NCBI GenBank assembly: GCA_035221665.1
Contig: CM069131.1
Span: forward strand, 162,936,001 to 163,000,000
Length of the DNA: 64,000 nucleotides
Direction: 5' to 3'
Origin: Okamejei kenojei
Lineage: Eukaryota
Positions 51,573-64,000 of the stretch are shown in pieces. The translations under genes and the position numbers were made by a program. Within the stretch, counting starts at the first letter, position 1; each line of letters starts with the position of its first letter. Under the pieces are notes generated by a model. The model was not told where the DNA came from. It saw only the letters and a program-made list of their open reading frames with translations, and ran no database searches.

Positions 51573-52054
51573 GAAGTGTGTTATGCAGCTCTAGAATTGG
51601 GCATCATATACCAGATCTGCCGTAAGATAGCTGTCCAAAAAGCAGATATAAATATAAATAAGAGTTAAATATTAAAGCTTTTCAAAATAACATAAGATAT
51701 AAAAACACAAAGGGTGCTTCAGAGCGAGGAGCATGAAGACTGAAAGCCTGTCGCTAATAGAGGAACAGGGAGGGTAGAACATTCTGAGACCAAAGCTAAG
51801 GTCAAACACAGAGAAAGTTTCAGACGAACCTACACTGTTTTGTATTAAGTAATGCGGGCAGCGTACTGAGCCATGACATGAGCATAAACATAAAGAAGGT
51901 TCTATTAGATGGGATGGTTGTTGCTTTAATTAGCATGGGTTCTGAAGTTCAGGTGGACCATGCGTATTTATTTATTTGCCTTGTTTTATGTTAAAAACCT
52001 GAAAAGTAACTGAATGCTGCCGGTTACAATGCACAAGAGTCCTTTCCAAAGTAT

Positions 52055-52220
52055 TAACATTTAAGACTAAAGTGGATAGGTATATGGACGTGAAGGGAAT
52101 GGAGGGGTATGGTCTGAGTGCAGGTAGATGGGACTAGGGGAAAACAAATGGTCGGCACGGACTGGAAGGGCCGAGAGGGCCTGTTTCCGTGCTGTAATTG
52201 TTATATGGTTATATGGTTAT
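52055..52220 (+). mobile_element. Young CR1 3' end, same subfamily as 16141-16760
   Basis: Near reverse complement of ~16165-16320; (ATATGGTT)n tail. Confidence 0.9.
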
Positions 52221-53216
52221 TGGATTACAAATCAAAAGCGATAATTGAGCAAATTGGTCTGCGCATTTTGTAAGGCCACTAAAAGAGACATTGAAGAAGG
52301 CCTTCTGCCATTCTGACCTGAGTTACCTTTTATTTAACATTTTAATCAATTTATGGAGGTTTTTAAACCATGTTTCATTTCTTAAAACTGGATGTGGTTT
52401 GAAGCTTCTAAATTGTGGATTGGCGATAATGCCAAGAATAATAAAAACAAACAAAAACAAGAACTGACAATGATGAGACGCATAATGAAAAATCTTTCAG
52501 TAGCATATTTGTGGTATAGATGTATAAATATATCCAAGTTATTGCAGGCACTCAATTCACCAGACAGTCCAGTAATGTGTTTTTATTCCAAATATCAGGA
52601 AACTAAATGAATGCTGTGGGTGTGACTTATCTCTCCACCTGTCCGCAGACACTTTTGACATATTTAGATAGGTGCTGCACCCAGGAATCTCCTAGACTTT
52701 GATAGATTTTGCCGAGCTTAGGAAGGTCACAATTTCCAACAAATCTCCTTAAATTGAAACCCTATGGTGAAAGGTTAAGCCAAATATTTGCACACTGGTT
52801 AAAGAGAGAAAACATGAAAGCAGGATAAATTGCAAAGTAATGACTAGTTGTCAAAAAACAAATGACACCCAGTTAATAATCTCATGTGGCCTCAGAGATG
52901 TCAAAATAGATTGTGTACTGAATTCGGCAATATACAACTGCAGTAATCTAGAGAGCTACACTGGTGGAATTAAGTAAGGAAATACAGATGAGGCTTGTAT
53001 GGAGCATTACGTATCAAAAATAGTTATAGGGCAGAATGGTCTGTGTCTGTATTATACATGATATTCATCCCAAGTTGCCCAAAAGACAAGTCTTGCAGTC
53101 ACTTTTAAATCTCTTTCGATGTCCTGGTGATATAAAAGGCACTATATGAATGCAAGATCTTTCTTTCTTCTTGGTATCTACAGGCAGCAAGCTGTAGCTG
53201 GGTATAGTTTGGCAAA

Positions 53217-53748
53217 TAGTTTAGTTTAGAGATACAGCGTGGAAATAGGCCCTTCGTCCCATCAAATCCATGGCGACTATCGATCACCCGTACACTAGTT
53301 CTATGTCACCCCCACTTTCACATCCTACACACTAGGGACAATGTCCAGAAGCTAATTAACCTACAAACCTGTACACCATTAGAACCCACCCTGTCACAGG
53401 GAGAACGTATAAACCCCACACAGACATAGAAACATAGAAACATAGAAATTAGGTGCAGGAGTAGGCCATTCAGCCCTTCGAGCCTGCACCGCCATTCAAT
53501 ATGATCATGGCTGATCATCCAACTCAGTATCCCGTACCTGCCTTCTCTCCATACCCTCTGATCCCCTTAGCCACAAGGGCCACATCCAACTCACTCTTAA
53601 ATATAGCCAATGAACTGGCCTCAACTACCCTCTGTGGCAGAGAGTTCCAGAGACTCACCACTCTCTGTGTGAAGAAAGACAACATCCATTGTACTCGGGT
53701 CTCTGGTGCTATAAGGCAGCAGCTCCACCGCCGTGCTACTGTGCCAGA
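53217..53748 (-). mobile_element. V-SINE (HE1-like) interrupted by a young CR1 (53426-53673)
   Basis: (TTTAG)n tail at 53217, body to ~53425, head resumes ~53675 (CGGGTCTCTGGTGCTATAAGGCAGCAGCTCCACCGC). Confidence 0.88.
53426..53673 (-). mobile_element. Young CR1 3' fragment nested in a V-SINE
   Basis: Three CATAGAAA tail units; body identical to 9161-9393. Confidence 0.93.
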
Positions 53749-55924
53749 GTAATCTTTTTAAGAGGGGTATGAATGGAAGGAGGAGGAATAGTATTAATTA
53801 GAGACTAAACCTTGCATAAGATGACTGAGGATCTTTCTTGAATTATAGATTAAGAAATAATTAAACAGAGTACAAGTCAAGTGTATTCCATTAAATAAAA
53901 AAATAAATGTATCAAAAGCAAAGACTTCCAGTGCAAATAACACATATAAGAAGTGTATTGCTTTAGTTTTCTCTGAGGAGGAGGAGGAGGTGGCAATGGG
54001 ACTGAGGACTTATGTTTATATTCAGTCCCATGTTGGGCAGTTTGCTAGGTGTAGAGCAGTTTATATTCCAGAATTCTGAAGGAAGTTGTTCCAGAATAGA
54101 ACCAGGTCCAGCTATAATCCTAAAGTAAGCCAGGCAAGTAGTTTGGAATATAATTTTCCAAAATTTGTGGAAAGGAAATACGTTCCAGAAGTTTCTCACA
54201 AAAAGGAGTGGATGTAAGCCAGGAAATTGGCCTGTAAGCCTTACTTCTTCTTCAAAAAAGACATAGACCTGAGAAGAGAGATGTTAGAAAGCGGGGATGA
54301 ATGCGATTAGAATCATTCAGTACGGAAACAGGTCCTTTGGCCCAACGTGTCTATGCAACCATGATGCCTCACCTAAGCCGGTCCCATTTCCTGCAATTGG
54401 CTCATAGCCATCTGTCCAAGTAGACAGGTTCTGATAGTAATTGACAACATTTTTTGGAGATTTTGAGAGGATGCCTACTAATGTTGTTCTGAATATTGCA
54501 TAGAGAATAAACAAGAGTATAAACTTAAAATCATTACAAAAAACACAAATTGTGGATTGGAAAATGACAATATAATTTCCAATTCTGTGCCCCTGACCAA
54601 TTGCGGAAACAACCACATTTTAAGAGCTATTTAAAAATAAAATAACATATTAGAGAATGTGAATGATCAGGGATCATTCCATGAGAGGGATCAGACCATG
54701 ACTCATAGAGGGACAAAATCAGAGCTGGCATGAAATACTTCTGCACCTGTGTCTGCACTGTAAGCCACTCCTGTACGAATACATCAAGCTTCAATGGGAC
54801 ATATGATTTATTTAATTATTGAGACTAAGGCTGAAAATGATGGAGAATGCAGGATACCATGGTCCTGATTTTATTTTGTCATATTTTAAAAATGTCTGCA
54901 AAGTGTGATTGATTCCGTTCGCATTTGCATTTGTTATCATTGATCGACAGATGTATTTATTTACAAGCAATAATCATTCTTTCAAAATTAACGTAATAAT
55001 GTGCCATAGGACTATGAAAATGTGACATAATACCAGGTCAATTTAAGAGATTTCTGAATGCTGGGGTTCTCTCAAAATGTTTAATCTGCTGAAACTCTTC
55101 ATTGGGATTTTGAGGGGTTAATCTCGGTCCTAGCGTAGACCTAGCTAATAACTGACAGGAAGCAACTGGCTGCTTGTGTTCTTCGTTTCTCACCACAAAC
55201 TCTCCCAAATGTATTGGGTTACTGTCCTTTCATAAATACTCTTTATTCAGTTGGAGGATGAACCTGGCAGTAAAACCATTACAAATCCTTGTTGCTAATG
55301 CTCCCATTTCATACTTTAAACATTTTATACTCTTAAAATCATGTTCATGCTATTTTAGTTTAGATAGTTGTCATTTTTGAGCAGCTGTTTATAATTAAGC
55401 ACTTGCCAATGGGAAAATCTGACACAAGTGGAAGAGAAACATTACTGGGAATAGTTACGAACAAAGTGTGGGTGCTGCCAATAGCTCGGAAACGCACTAA
55501 GGCTTCAGACAAAGTATTTCTGGTTACCTCCAGTTTGTGAGGCTTCCGGTAACATTCTAACATGGAATGCCCCGTGTAAATGCACACATTATATAAAAAC
55601 AAAAGAATCTGTCACGTCATTTGTAAAGTCATGGGAATCTCAATAAAATTTGGGATTGCAGTAATCCTATCTCCTGTATCAATCGTCTCTAATTGGCTTT
55701 GCCTACTGTGAATCTCAAATATTTGGAATGTGAAGGATTTAAAATTCATTTTGGGCCAAAAAATTAGTCATTCTTTTAAGGGAAGAATTTGAAAGTCCAG
55801 ATATTATACCGTCAGAGTACTTTAGCATTTGAGATTAATGGATGTAAATAGGTGAATCTCACTATAATTTACATAAGCAGAGACACACACGTGCACATGC
55901 ACATGCACGCACACTCACACATAT

Positions 55925-55997
<73 letters not shown>
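55925..55997. repeat. Compound (TA)n(TG)n microsatellite
   Basis: Direct. Confidence 0.95.
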
Positions 55998-56963
55998 CAT
56001 ATATTTATAGTGTGATATTATAAGAACATTTACAAAGAACGGCCCTTTGGCTAAATTTTTTAATACACAGATACTCCAGTGGCATTTGAAGAAGTCCTTG
56101 TTAAGTGATACTATGCTTGAATTGTCAGACAGCTGGCAAAGCATCTCCTGTGTGGTATTATTCTGTATAATATTTTTCTGCGAGTGAGCACTGTTTGTGT
56201 AGCGTTCCACATGGAGAAAATATCCAGCCGGGGAAAGGATGCATACTACTATAGTTTGTAATTTTGACAAGAGAAATGAGGTGCCATCTTTACTAATGGA
56301 CTGAAGGAAAGAAATTGCAGATACTGCAAAAATAGGTTTAGGTTCCAGGTATAACTCTGGCTCAGATGACAGGTTACTACTTTGAGCAGAAATAATATTG
56401 ATAGTGTTATTATCCTGCTGGTACCAGTTTGACACCAACATTCATGGGTTCACATTCATGTGCGCTGCATGTTCACACTGTTCCGATGCCAGTTACATTT
56501 TTAAGATTGGCACAGTGCCCAAACATTTTAAAGTTTGTTTTTCTGTCAGATTGCATCCATTGCAAGCTTGCTAGACTATCTGTTTAGTGGGGTCTTCCCC
56601 TGATTGCTTTAATTTCACGCTTTCATTAGTGAATTATCTTTCTCATTATCAAATATTTATTCATGTATTAATATCAATATTAATAGTCACTAAAATACAG
56701 CCAGGTTATAAACAATCATTATTTTCTATGCCTAAAATAATGCTATTATAGTTTAAATTACATAAATATGTAGATATGACTTTAATTTTGCAGTTAGTTT
56801 AAATATTTCTTTTTTTTAATAATCTAATGAACTTGCTAAAAGATACTACTTTTCCCTTTAAATTTAAACCATTTTCTTTTGGGACAAGCACTTGCAAAAA
56901 AAAATTATTGTTCCTTTCTAATAACCATTTTCAATAGGCCCATTCTTTGGAAAGTGAACCAAA

Positions 56964-57331
56964 ATGTCACACACGTGACCAGATGTCATCACAAAGTGAT
57001 ACATTAAAACATTATTGTAAGAGATTAATCTTATTCATTGCTATTTCCTACCTACATAACTATAATGCATGTCTGCTAAAGATATGAACATTCTAGCTAT
57101 TTAAGATTCACTGAGTTTGTACAATGCTTCCGTGTGATGTCACACACGTGACCAGTAATATTTGGCCTCTTGCCCTAACTAAACATTGTCAGCATAACAT
57201 AAAAATAAACACGGAAAAAAACACTTGATAAAAGATTATGGATCATATATGCAGTGCTAAATAATATACCTGTAATGCTTTCAGAAGAGATGCATTCCAC
57301 AATTTTTCATCTTTGTGGTCACACACGTGAC
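56964..57331. promoter_or_regulatory. Cluster of three identical GTCACACACGTGAC motifs (CACGTG E-box)
   Basis: 56966-56979, 57139-57152, 57318-57331; motif presence is certain, function is inferred. Confidence 0.5.
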
Positions 57332-58457
57332 TAAGAATGGGGGAGCAATAACTATTATCTTGAAGATTGTTTAATTTGAGATTTTTTAACTGAGTACCAT
57401 GTCTTTAGTCCCCAGAAGAAATTATACTGTATGAAAATACTATTCAAGAAAATAGTAATGCTTTGTTGTCAATACCATTATACCATTACTTGCTTCAAGA
57501 TTCAAGCCATTAATCTTTTTTCCGAGTTGACCTTGTTTGCTTGGGTCTGTGCTCGCCTTGATTCAAAGAGTGCCATTCGCGGAAGGGTTAATTCATTTCT
57601 GTTTTTGTGTATTACACAAGATAATCCCTTTGAATTGTTTTGGCTCAGTTTTCATGTCTTAATCCGACCCCTGATTCCTCTCATGCTGTGCTGTGTGGCA
57701 GAATGCTTCTTCCTGACACTGCATGCTAGCACCCTTGCCACGAGATGAGATTGGCCATGTGTGCAGGACCACTCTTGTGGCCCTCAGTGTGCTTGCTTCT
57801 TTTTTTATTGATGCTAAAACAGAGGACACTGTCATTGTGAAAGTGTTATTTTCTTATCTTCTTTCCACGTTGTGGTTTTTTACGGATGTGCATGATTATT
57901 GGAGATAAACGTATTGGCCTGTGAGATTTTCTCTCTCAAAAATTGTTCCAAACTCTTACATTGATGTATAGAAACTGGCAAGTCCACACAGAACGAGGAA
58001 GAAGTGCAGGTCAACCAAAATCACATTTAAATGCCTTTGGTAGTGAATGATCTTCCTCCCCTTCATCAGCCTATTTTTGTCTTGATGGTAACGTGTTTTC
58101 TTTGCATTAATTCATCATTTTATTTTCTTAACAATCATTTTCCGAAATCACATTTATCTGCATTTCCACTCGATCTACATTTTCGTATATTGTTGCAGAA
58201 ACTGTTATTTTAGGTGCCTCATTAAGAGGAACATTTTTTTGTAGGGATTTATATAATCGACATGCCTTAATTTGGACAGAAATTAATCTGCTAATCTTTC
58301 TTTAATTGTAGCTCAAATATCAGTTAAGCAGCACATAATTAAGTAGTTTTCTCTTCCAGGCAAATGAAGATTTCATACCCTAATTTCCAACCATACTTCA
58401 CATTTGCTAAAGACCTAGCTTGTGGCCTTGTAAATATACCTCTTGTTTAAACTGGTA

Positions 58458-59024
58458 AGGGCCTGTCCCAGCAGCATGCAACTCCATGCGATGAGCGCGA
58501 CCTAATGTGGTCGCTTGAGCTGTCTGGCATCGCTGGGCCGGTCCCACTTCGATCGCCGGAGCCGTGCGGAGTTCGTCCCGCCATCACGCGGGCTCCGAAA
58601 AACTGACCATGTTCAAAAATTCCGCGCGGCAACGGCTTGTCAGCTCGCAGTCGCCTCGACGCATTACACACCGCATCGACGTCGTGCCTCCGTGACCCTC
58701 TCTGTAGGTGCCTCCATGACCCTCTCTGTAGGTGCCTCCGTGACCCTCTCTGTGAGTGCCTCTGTGCCCCTCTCAGTGTGTCCCTCTCTGTCCTGGCGAA
58801 CTTACCTTTAAGACTTCGCTCCAAGTTCGCCTCACTTTGCGCCGCGTTGCGCCACTCACCCCACCTCCGCGCGGCCCCCGCTGCCGGTTTGGTTGTGCTC
58901 TTCGCATGCAGGTGCACACTGGTGGGAACGGCCCTGTACAGGGATCACCCGACCTCCGCGCGGCCCCCGCTGCCGGTTTGGTCGTGCTCACCGCATGAAG
59001 TCGGCTGCTGGTAGGACAGGCCCT
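58458..59024. mobile_element. PIF/Harbinger-type MITE with internal tandem repeats
   Basis: TIRs AGGGCCTGTCCCA / TAGGACAGGCCCT with TA/TTA flanks; CpG-rich; 24-bp GTGCCTCCGTGACCCTCTCTGTAG array at ~58684-58790. Confidence 0.8.
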
Positions 59025-60557
59025 TTACATCTCACACATTTCACATCTTGTACCAAAGGCAAGGTAGATGCTTTACAGCAATGCAAGAGGTCTCTGATTT
59101 TCTGGTCCAATTCTTCAATTTAAGTACATTTACAGACAAGCATGAAGGTGCATACAGTTCTTTCTCAACCAATACAGAAAAAAACTTTTTTATTGTTTAT
59201 GTTTTTTAGAAAATTCAATAATTTCTGCTAAAATTTAAATTTTAAAATAATCAGTTCAAAGTAAGAGGTTAACATCTTCCAGGCAAAACCCTCACTCCCT
59301 ATTGCTGCTCCCTGTGCATTTTCACTGATGAACTGATTATTTTAAATCAGATATATATTTGTATTTTAATGTTAAAGCTCCATGCTACTTTTTCAGGAAG
59401 AGTGTTCCTCTCTATGCTCCTGTTGCTCTCAGTTACCCTGTTTTGTCATCCATTTTTACCTTGGCAGCTTTTATGCACCTGTCTTTTTGAGTGTGTCTCC
59501 TCCCTTTTACATTCTGCCACCTCGTTCTTTTTCTCCCACATTATCACATGGCTCTTGCTTTTATTGTAGGATTCTGAGGACTTTTATTCAGTTGTATATA
59601 TGGTGTAATTACCAAAGCATGATTAGACACATTGCAAAACCAAATTCTTAATTTGTCCCTCCATTACGATTAGGATAATACAAATCTTGAACACTGGCTG
59701 CAGTACCCTGACATTAATTATCAATGCGATTCTGAACTGAGCAGGTGAAGCAAACTGAGATTGATGTAGAAACCTTACTGCCTTATCTATTTTTACAATT
59801 GATTAGACGTCTTGCATCATTACATGATTGCCTGGTGACGTGACCAATATTGGTAACACCAGTGTGGGGAAGAAGAGTCCAAATATCAACCGACTCTAGT
59901 TCTGCTTGAGTTGTCAGCTCTTTTGCAGTTCTGTTTAACCCTCCATAACTGCAGTTATTGATTTGGGCTTTACCCCAAAAATATCTGGAACTCATATTTT
60001 TTTATTTTTCACATGTTCTGATGAAGGCCGTAGAACTGTACTGTATCATAGATTCTGATCCATAAAAAAACATATTATGTTGCCAGCTTAAAGTTCTATT
60101 ACAAAACTTACCAGTCTCAGACTTGTAAAATACACCATGCAATTTCTTGGCAACAAGGAAAAGAAAAATACACCATCAAGCTCATAAAAAAAGTAAAGAG
60201 GCTCACTTGTTCCAAATATAATGTAATTCCATGCCCACACCTCTAAAAAAAAAGTACACTCTTGATTGATTTATTTTTGAATGTGAGCAAATTGGTATGG
60301 CACTCATTGCTGGGAAATGAATAAACTTCTTTCTGTTCTGCCTGCACAGTACTAATTTCAAATGGTCCTGCCTCAGCCATAATGTTTCATTCATCAGTTC
60401 CATCACACTAATTGGTGCAATGTTGAGAATCCATTGAGATGCAATGTGAAGAAACCATGCCTTGTCCTGACATTCCACTCTTCTGACTTTCTATCCCCTG
60501 GATTGCACACAACAAAAGCTTTTCACTGCACCTCAGTGCACGTAACAATAAACTAAA

Positions 60558-60650
60558 CTGAAGAAGGGTCCCGACTCGAAATGCCACCAATCCATTTCTC
60601 CAGAGATGCTGCCTGTCTCGCTGAGTAACTCCAGCATTTGTTTTTATCTT
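60558..60650 (+). mobile_element. Penelope-derived single-arm element
   Basis: CTGAAGAAGGGTCCCGACTCGAAATGCCACC...GCTGAGTAACTCCAGC. Confidence 0.83.
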
Positions 60651-61339
60651 TCTCAGATGCAATACGAATAGGAGCTCCTGGTTACAGTGACTGCTCTCAG
60701 GTCAAGAATTTTTTTTGAGTCATGTCCAGTTCAAAACCTCACTGATTTTAGGCTCCTGGGCAGAACTCTGTGCATCTTTCTGGGAATTATTCCAGCCAGA
60801 TTTAATACAAAAGCAGGGAGGGTATGCGGAAGCTGTATTGACCATTGGTTAAATCTAATTTCTAATGTGGGCGAACTGCTGGCAATATAGTTAGTCTTTT
60901 CCTAGCATTGGAATTGTGGAAAAACAATGCATCAAATCACTGAGTAGTTTTAAACTATTGAGAGTTGAAAGAATCATTTGTAAATGAGCTGTAGTTATAT
61001 ACATCTTATGTCACGCTGCACCACCTCCTCAAGATGGTGTGTAACTGCTGCCAAATTACTATTTTTTCAAACCTGGCACTGCATACATATTTGGCTTTGC
61101 ATTCCATACTTGCAAGCTAATTGTGTTTACTGTAATAAAGCCTGACTCAGAAAAACCACCTCCACTCCCTCGTACTTGAAGTTTCCATTAGAAGAACTAT
61201 ATCTCTAAACTCAGGAGGGCTAAGGTTCTGTATTAGATGCTAAATTTAGCCTATGTCTTGCTGTGATTCCATCTTCCTCACAGCTCTTCCTTCATCCCTT
61301 TCATGATCCACTGAGGAAAGAGCAATGACATTGGACTGT

Positions 61340-61548
61340 GTGGGAAGGAACTGCAGTTGCTGGTTTAAGCCGAAGATAGACACAAAAAGCCAGAGTAACT
61401 CAGCGGGACAAGCAGCATCTCTGAAGAGAAGGAATGGGTGACGTTTCGGGGCTGAAGAGAGGTCTCGACACGAAACGTCACCCACTCCTTCTCTCCAGAG
61501 ATGCTGCCAGTCCCGCTGAGTTACTCTAGCTTTTTGTGTCTATCTAAG
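61340..61548. mobile_element. Penelope-derived inverted-repeat element with 13-bp TSD
   Basis: GACATTGGACTGT at 61327-61339 and 61549-61561. Confidence 0.9.
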
Positions 61549-61744
61549 GACATTGGACTGTTGGATGACTAGTTCAAAGAGGCAACAAATGCATAATGGA
61601 TCTAACATCCTCCTCCATTGAATGATTCTATGAAAACCTGCAGTAGCTTCCGCCTTAACGTTCCACATAGTAGAGGAATAATTCCTCCAAAGACTAAGCC
61701 AACAGAGTCCATGCTGACGGCAGAGTCAGACCCTTTTCCATCTG

Positions 61745-62518
61745 AGTGGTGGCGCCATTGAATATGGCTGCCTCGCCTGCAGCTGTCTGTCCGTTCATTC
61801 TTTTTGTTATTTTTAGTCTGTTTTAAAGTTTGTTTTTGGAGGTCTTTTAGTCTTTTTTTCTTAGTCACTTCCTGGTTGAGGATGCGATTATTCTCCGAGC
61901 CGCATCTTCGCCTTCTCCTTGCGGCCTACCACCTGGATAGGCGCAGCCTTTCCTGCCGGAGACCGGCCAGAGCCTCAGCGTCAGCAGCGGCGCAGCACTG
62001 GATTAGATCGCGGAGCGAGCGATGCCTTACCGGGGTTGCTGTGTTGGAGCTCTGGAGTGCTGGGACTGCCGACTTTGAACACCGTGGAGTTGTGGTCTGT
62101 GAAGCTTCCAGCCGCTGGGGGCACTGACTTTCCACCCGCGGGCAGCGCTGACTTTAACATCGCGGAGCCCTGGGATCTCTCGCCGAGGTCGCTAGCGTTG
62201 AACGGTCTCCAGTAGGAAGCGGCCGATTCGGAGGCTCCGGGGCCGCTGAGAGTGTTCTTCCGTTCGAGAGCTTGAAACATCGGGCCCATAGCGGCGACTG
62301 TTGAGGCCTCAATAGGCCCCGACTATGGGTGAACAGAGGAAGAGGACTGAACTTCTGTGCCTTCCCTCACAGTGGGAAACATTGATTTCGCTGTGGGGGG
62401 ATGTTTTTATGTTTCATGTTAAATTCTAAAATGTTGTGTTTTATCTTATTTGTGTGCTGCATGGTAACACAAATGTCATTGCACCAATTGGTGACAATAA
62501 ATGTCCTTTGTCCTTTGT
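61745..62518 (+). mobile_element. GC-rich non-autonomous retroelement with Rex1/L2-type 3' end
   Basis: Starts GTGGCGCCATTGAATATGGCTGCC, internal repeated GACTTT(G)AACA(C/T)CG motif, ends GTGACAATAAA(TGTCCTT)n; no coherent ORF. Confidence 0.6.
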
Positions 62519-63172
62519 ACCCATAGCCCTCCAGGTTTCTTTCCCTCAAGTGCCTGTCCAATTTATTTAAAAATGACAGTACACAATGTCAGGGTACTAC
62601 CACTTACTTTATTTAAAAAAGGTTTTTCCTCTCAATCCCTTACTCTTATCTAGAATGTAGATCTGTGTTCGCTGTAATCCTTGCACCATTAGTTAATGGA
62701 AATAGATTTTATTTCTCTGCTTGTAGATAAGCCTGTCATAATATTGTACATCGTTATCCTGTCTACCCTTAGCTTCCTTTCCTTCCATTTAAACAATCTC
62801 AGCTTTTCCAATCTAATATCATTATAAAACCCACTCATTCTGAGAACCCTTCAGATAAATCTCCTCTGCATCCACTCGTCACCTTCCTACGGTGTGGTGT
62901 CCAGAGCTAAATGCAATACTCTTGTTGTGGCCCAACCAGTGGTTAATATTGCTACTTCATAACTTCCCTGCTTTTGAAGTCATTGCTGCTGTAAAGCTGA
63001 GAATTCCATGAGAATTTTCCCAATAGTATGTGCAGAGGTCTGACCAGGAAATATAAAGTAGGAAATATAAATTAGATTTAAATGATGTAAAAGAAAGTGA
63101 AATAATGGCCCGAGGTTTAACAGAGAAATGTTGGCAGACCTACCACCAATATTTCCCCAAGTAGCTGACTAC

Positions 63173-63271
63173 AAACATACAAGTTCCAAAGTGGCTAACA
63201 GCAATTTATGCTTTTTTCACACTAAACATACAAGTTCCATAGTGGTTGTCAGCAATTTATGTTTTTTTTCA
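63173..63271. repeat. Imperfect 51-bp tandem duplication
   Basis: AAACATACAAGTTCCA.AGTGG....CAGCAATTTATG at 63173 and 63224. Confidence 0.85.
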
Positions 63272-63824
63272 TATTGCGCTCTGCAATTAAACTCATGTGA
63301 GAGTGCAGACTTGTCTAAACTCCCCTCCAAGTCTCCTTCATTGATTTTAAGGAAGGGCTGTAAGGGACTAAAGCAAGTGATCTGTTTACGATCATTTGAA
63401 CAACTTAATTAAAATCTTTTGTGTTTGAAAATTATTTCAAAATAGTTTTTAAAAATCATTTAAATGGTCATTGAAAGCCAGAAAAATCACTTTTCCAGTG
63501 TTGACAGTTGGCTAACCTACGAGGCTTAATTTAATTGGTTGCTGTAATTTAGTCTGCACCACCCTGCCCCCCGGATGGTATTTACACTGTGCAAGATCCT
63601 CATGCTGATTGGGTATTCAAGAAATCCTGCAACATTTTTTTCTTTAACTTCTGGGCCAGAGAGATCCTGTAACTTTAACAGCACTTTTTAAAATTAAGAA
63701 CTACAGCCATTTTGGTAATTCATTGCTGAGGTAATTAACTGTGTGGTGGAAGTCTGTGCTTTCATAGTCTCCACTTTATAACTGCACATATTTGAAGTTA
63801 TAAAGTATTTGAAATTATAACTGA

Positions 63825-64000
63825 ACTCGTGGTAAGCATGTAGAATGTACGTCGGAGCTCGGGATGTCTCTTAGCGGCTCGTAACGCTAACGGCAGATAC
63901 TGGGGATAACGGCAGTAAGCTCGTGAAGACTCGTGAAGATTTTTCAACATACCGTAAATCTCCGAGTTCGAATCAGGGGAAACTCGGGAGAACTCATGAA
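63825..64000. mobile_element. CpG-rich MITE-like element running off the window end
   Basis: Repeated CTCG(T/G) motifs and ATTTTTCAACAT, resembling the Harbinger-type MITE interiors; terminus not visible. Confidence 0.5.

Noticed and set aside
55869-56441. 190-aa minus-strand ORF, the longest in the track
   Set aside because: No recognisable domain; its C-terminus is the (CA)n/(TA)n microsatellite read as THTH/YIYI; no supporting exon structure
56964-57331. CRISPR-like repeat-spacer pattern
   Set aside because: Only three 14-19 bp repeats with ~160 bp spacers, vertebrate DNA, no cas genes

Overview
Eukaryotic, AT-rich, non-coding DNA. The repeat set (HE1-type V-SINEs, a SacSINE1/Deu-domain SINE, several CR1 subfamilies, Penelope-derived palindromic elements) points to a cartilaginous fish, probably a skate or ray (inference from recalled repeat families, no database search). 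I found no host protein-coding exon: every ORF-track protein I can recognise is a transposon fragment (CR1 RT, Tc1 transposase), and I also translated short Rex1/Babar and Penelope pieces by hand. The window looks like a gene desert or a very large intron/lncRNA. Most notable: (1) two N runs of 148 and 147 nt, 289 bp apart, inside a ~5.7 kb repeat-free, CpG-retaining region, which may hide a pair of small RNA genes such as a miRNA cluster but cannot be read; (2) about 15 copies of a Penelope-derived inverted-repeat element with TSDs and a minimal hammerhead ribozyme core; (3) an 89-nt near-perfect hairpin; (4) three identical E-box 14-mers at ~175 bp spacing; (5) several nested insertions and repair scars. 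Repeat boundaries were read by eye and are approximate unless a TSD or TIR is quoted.
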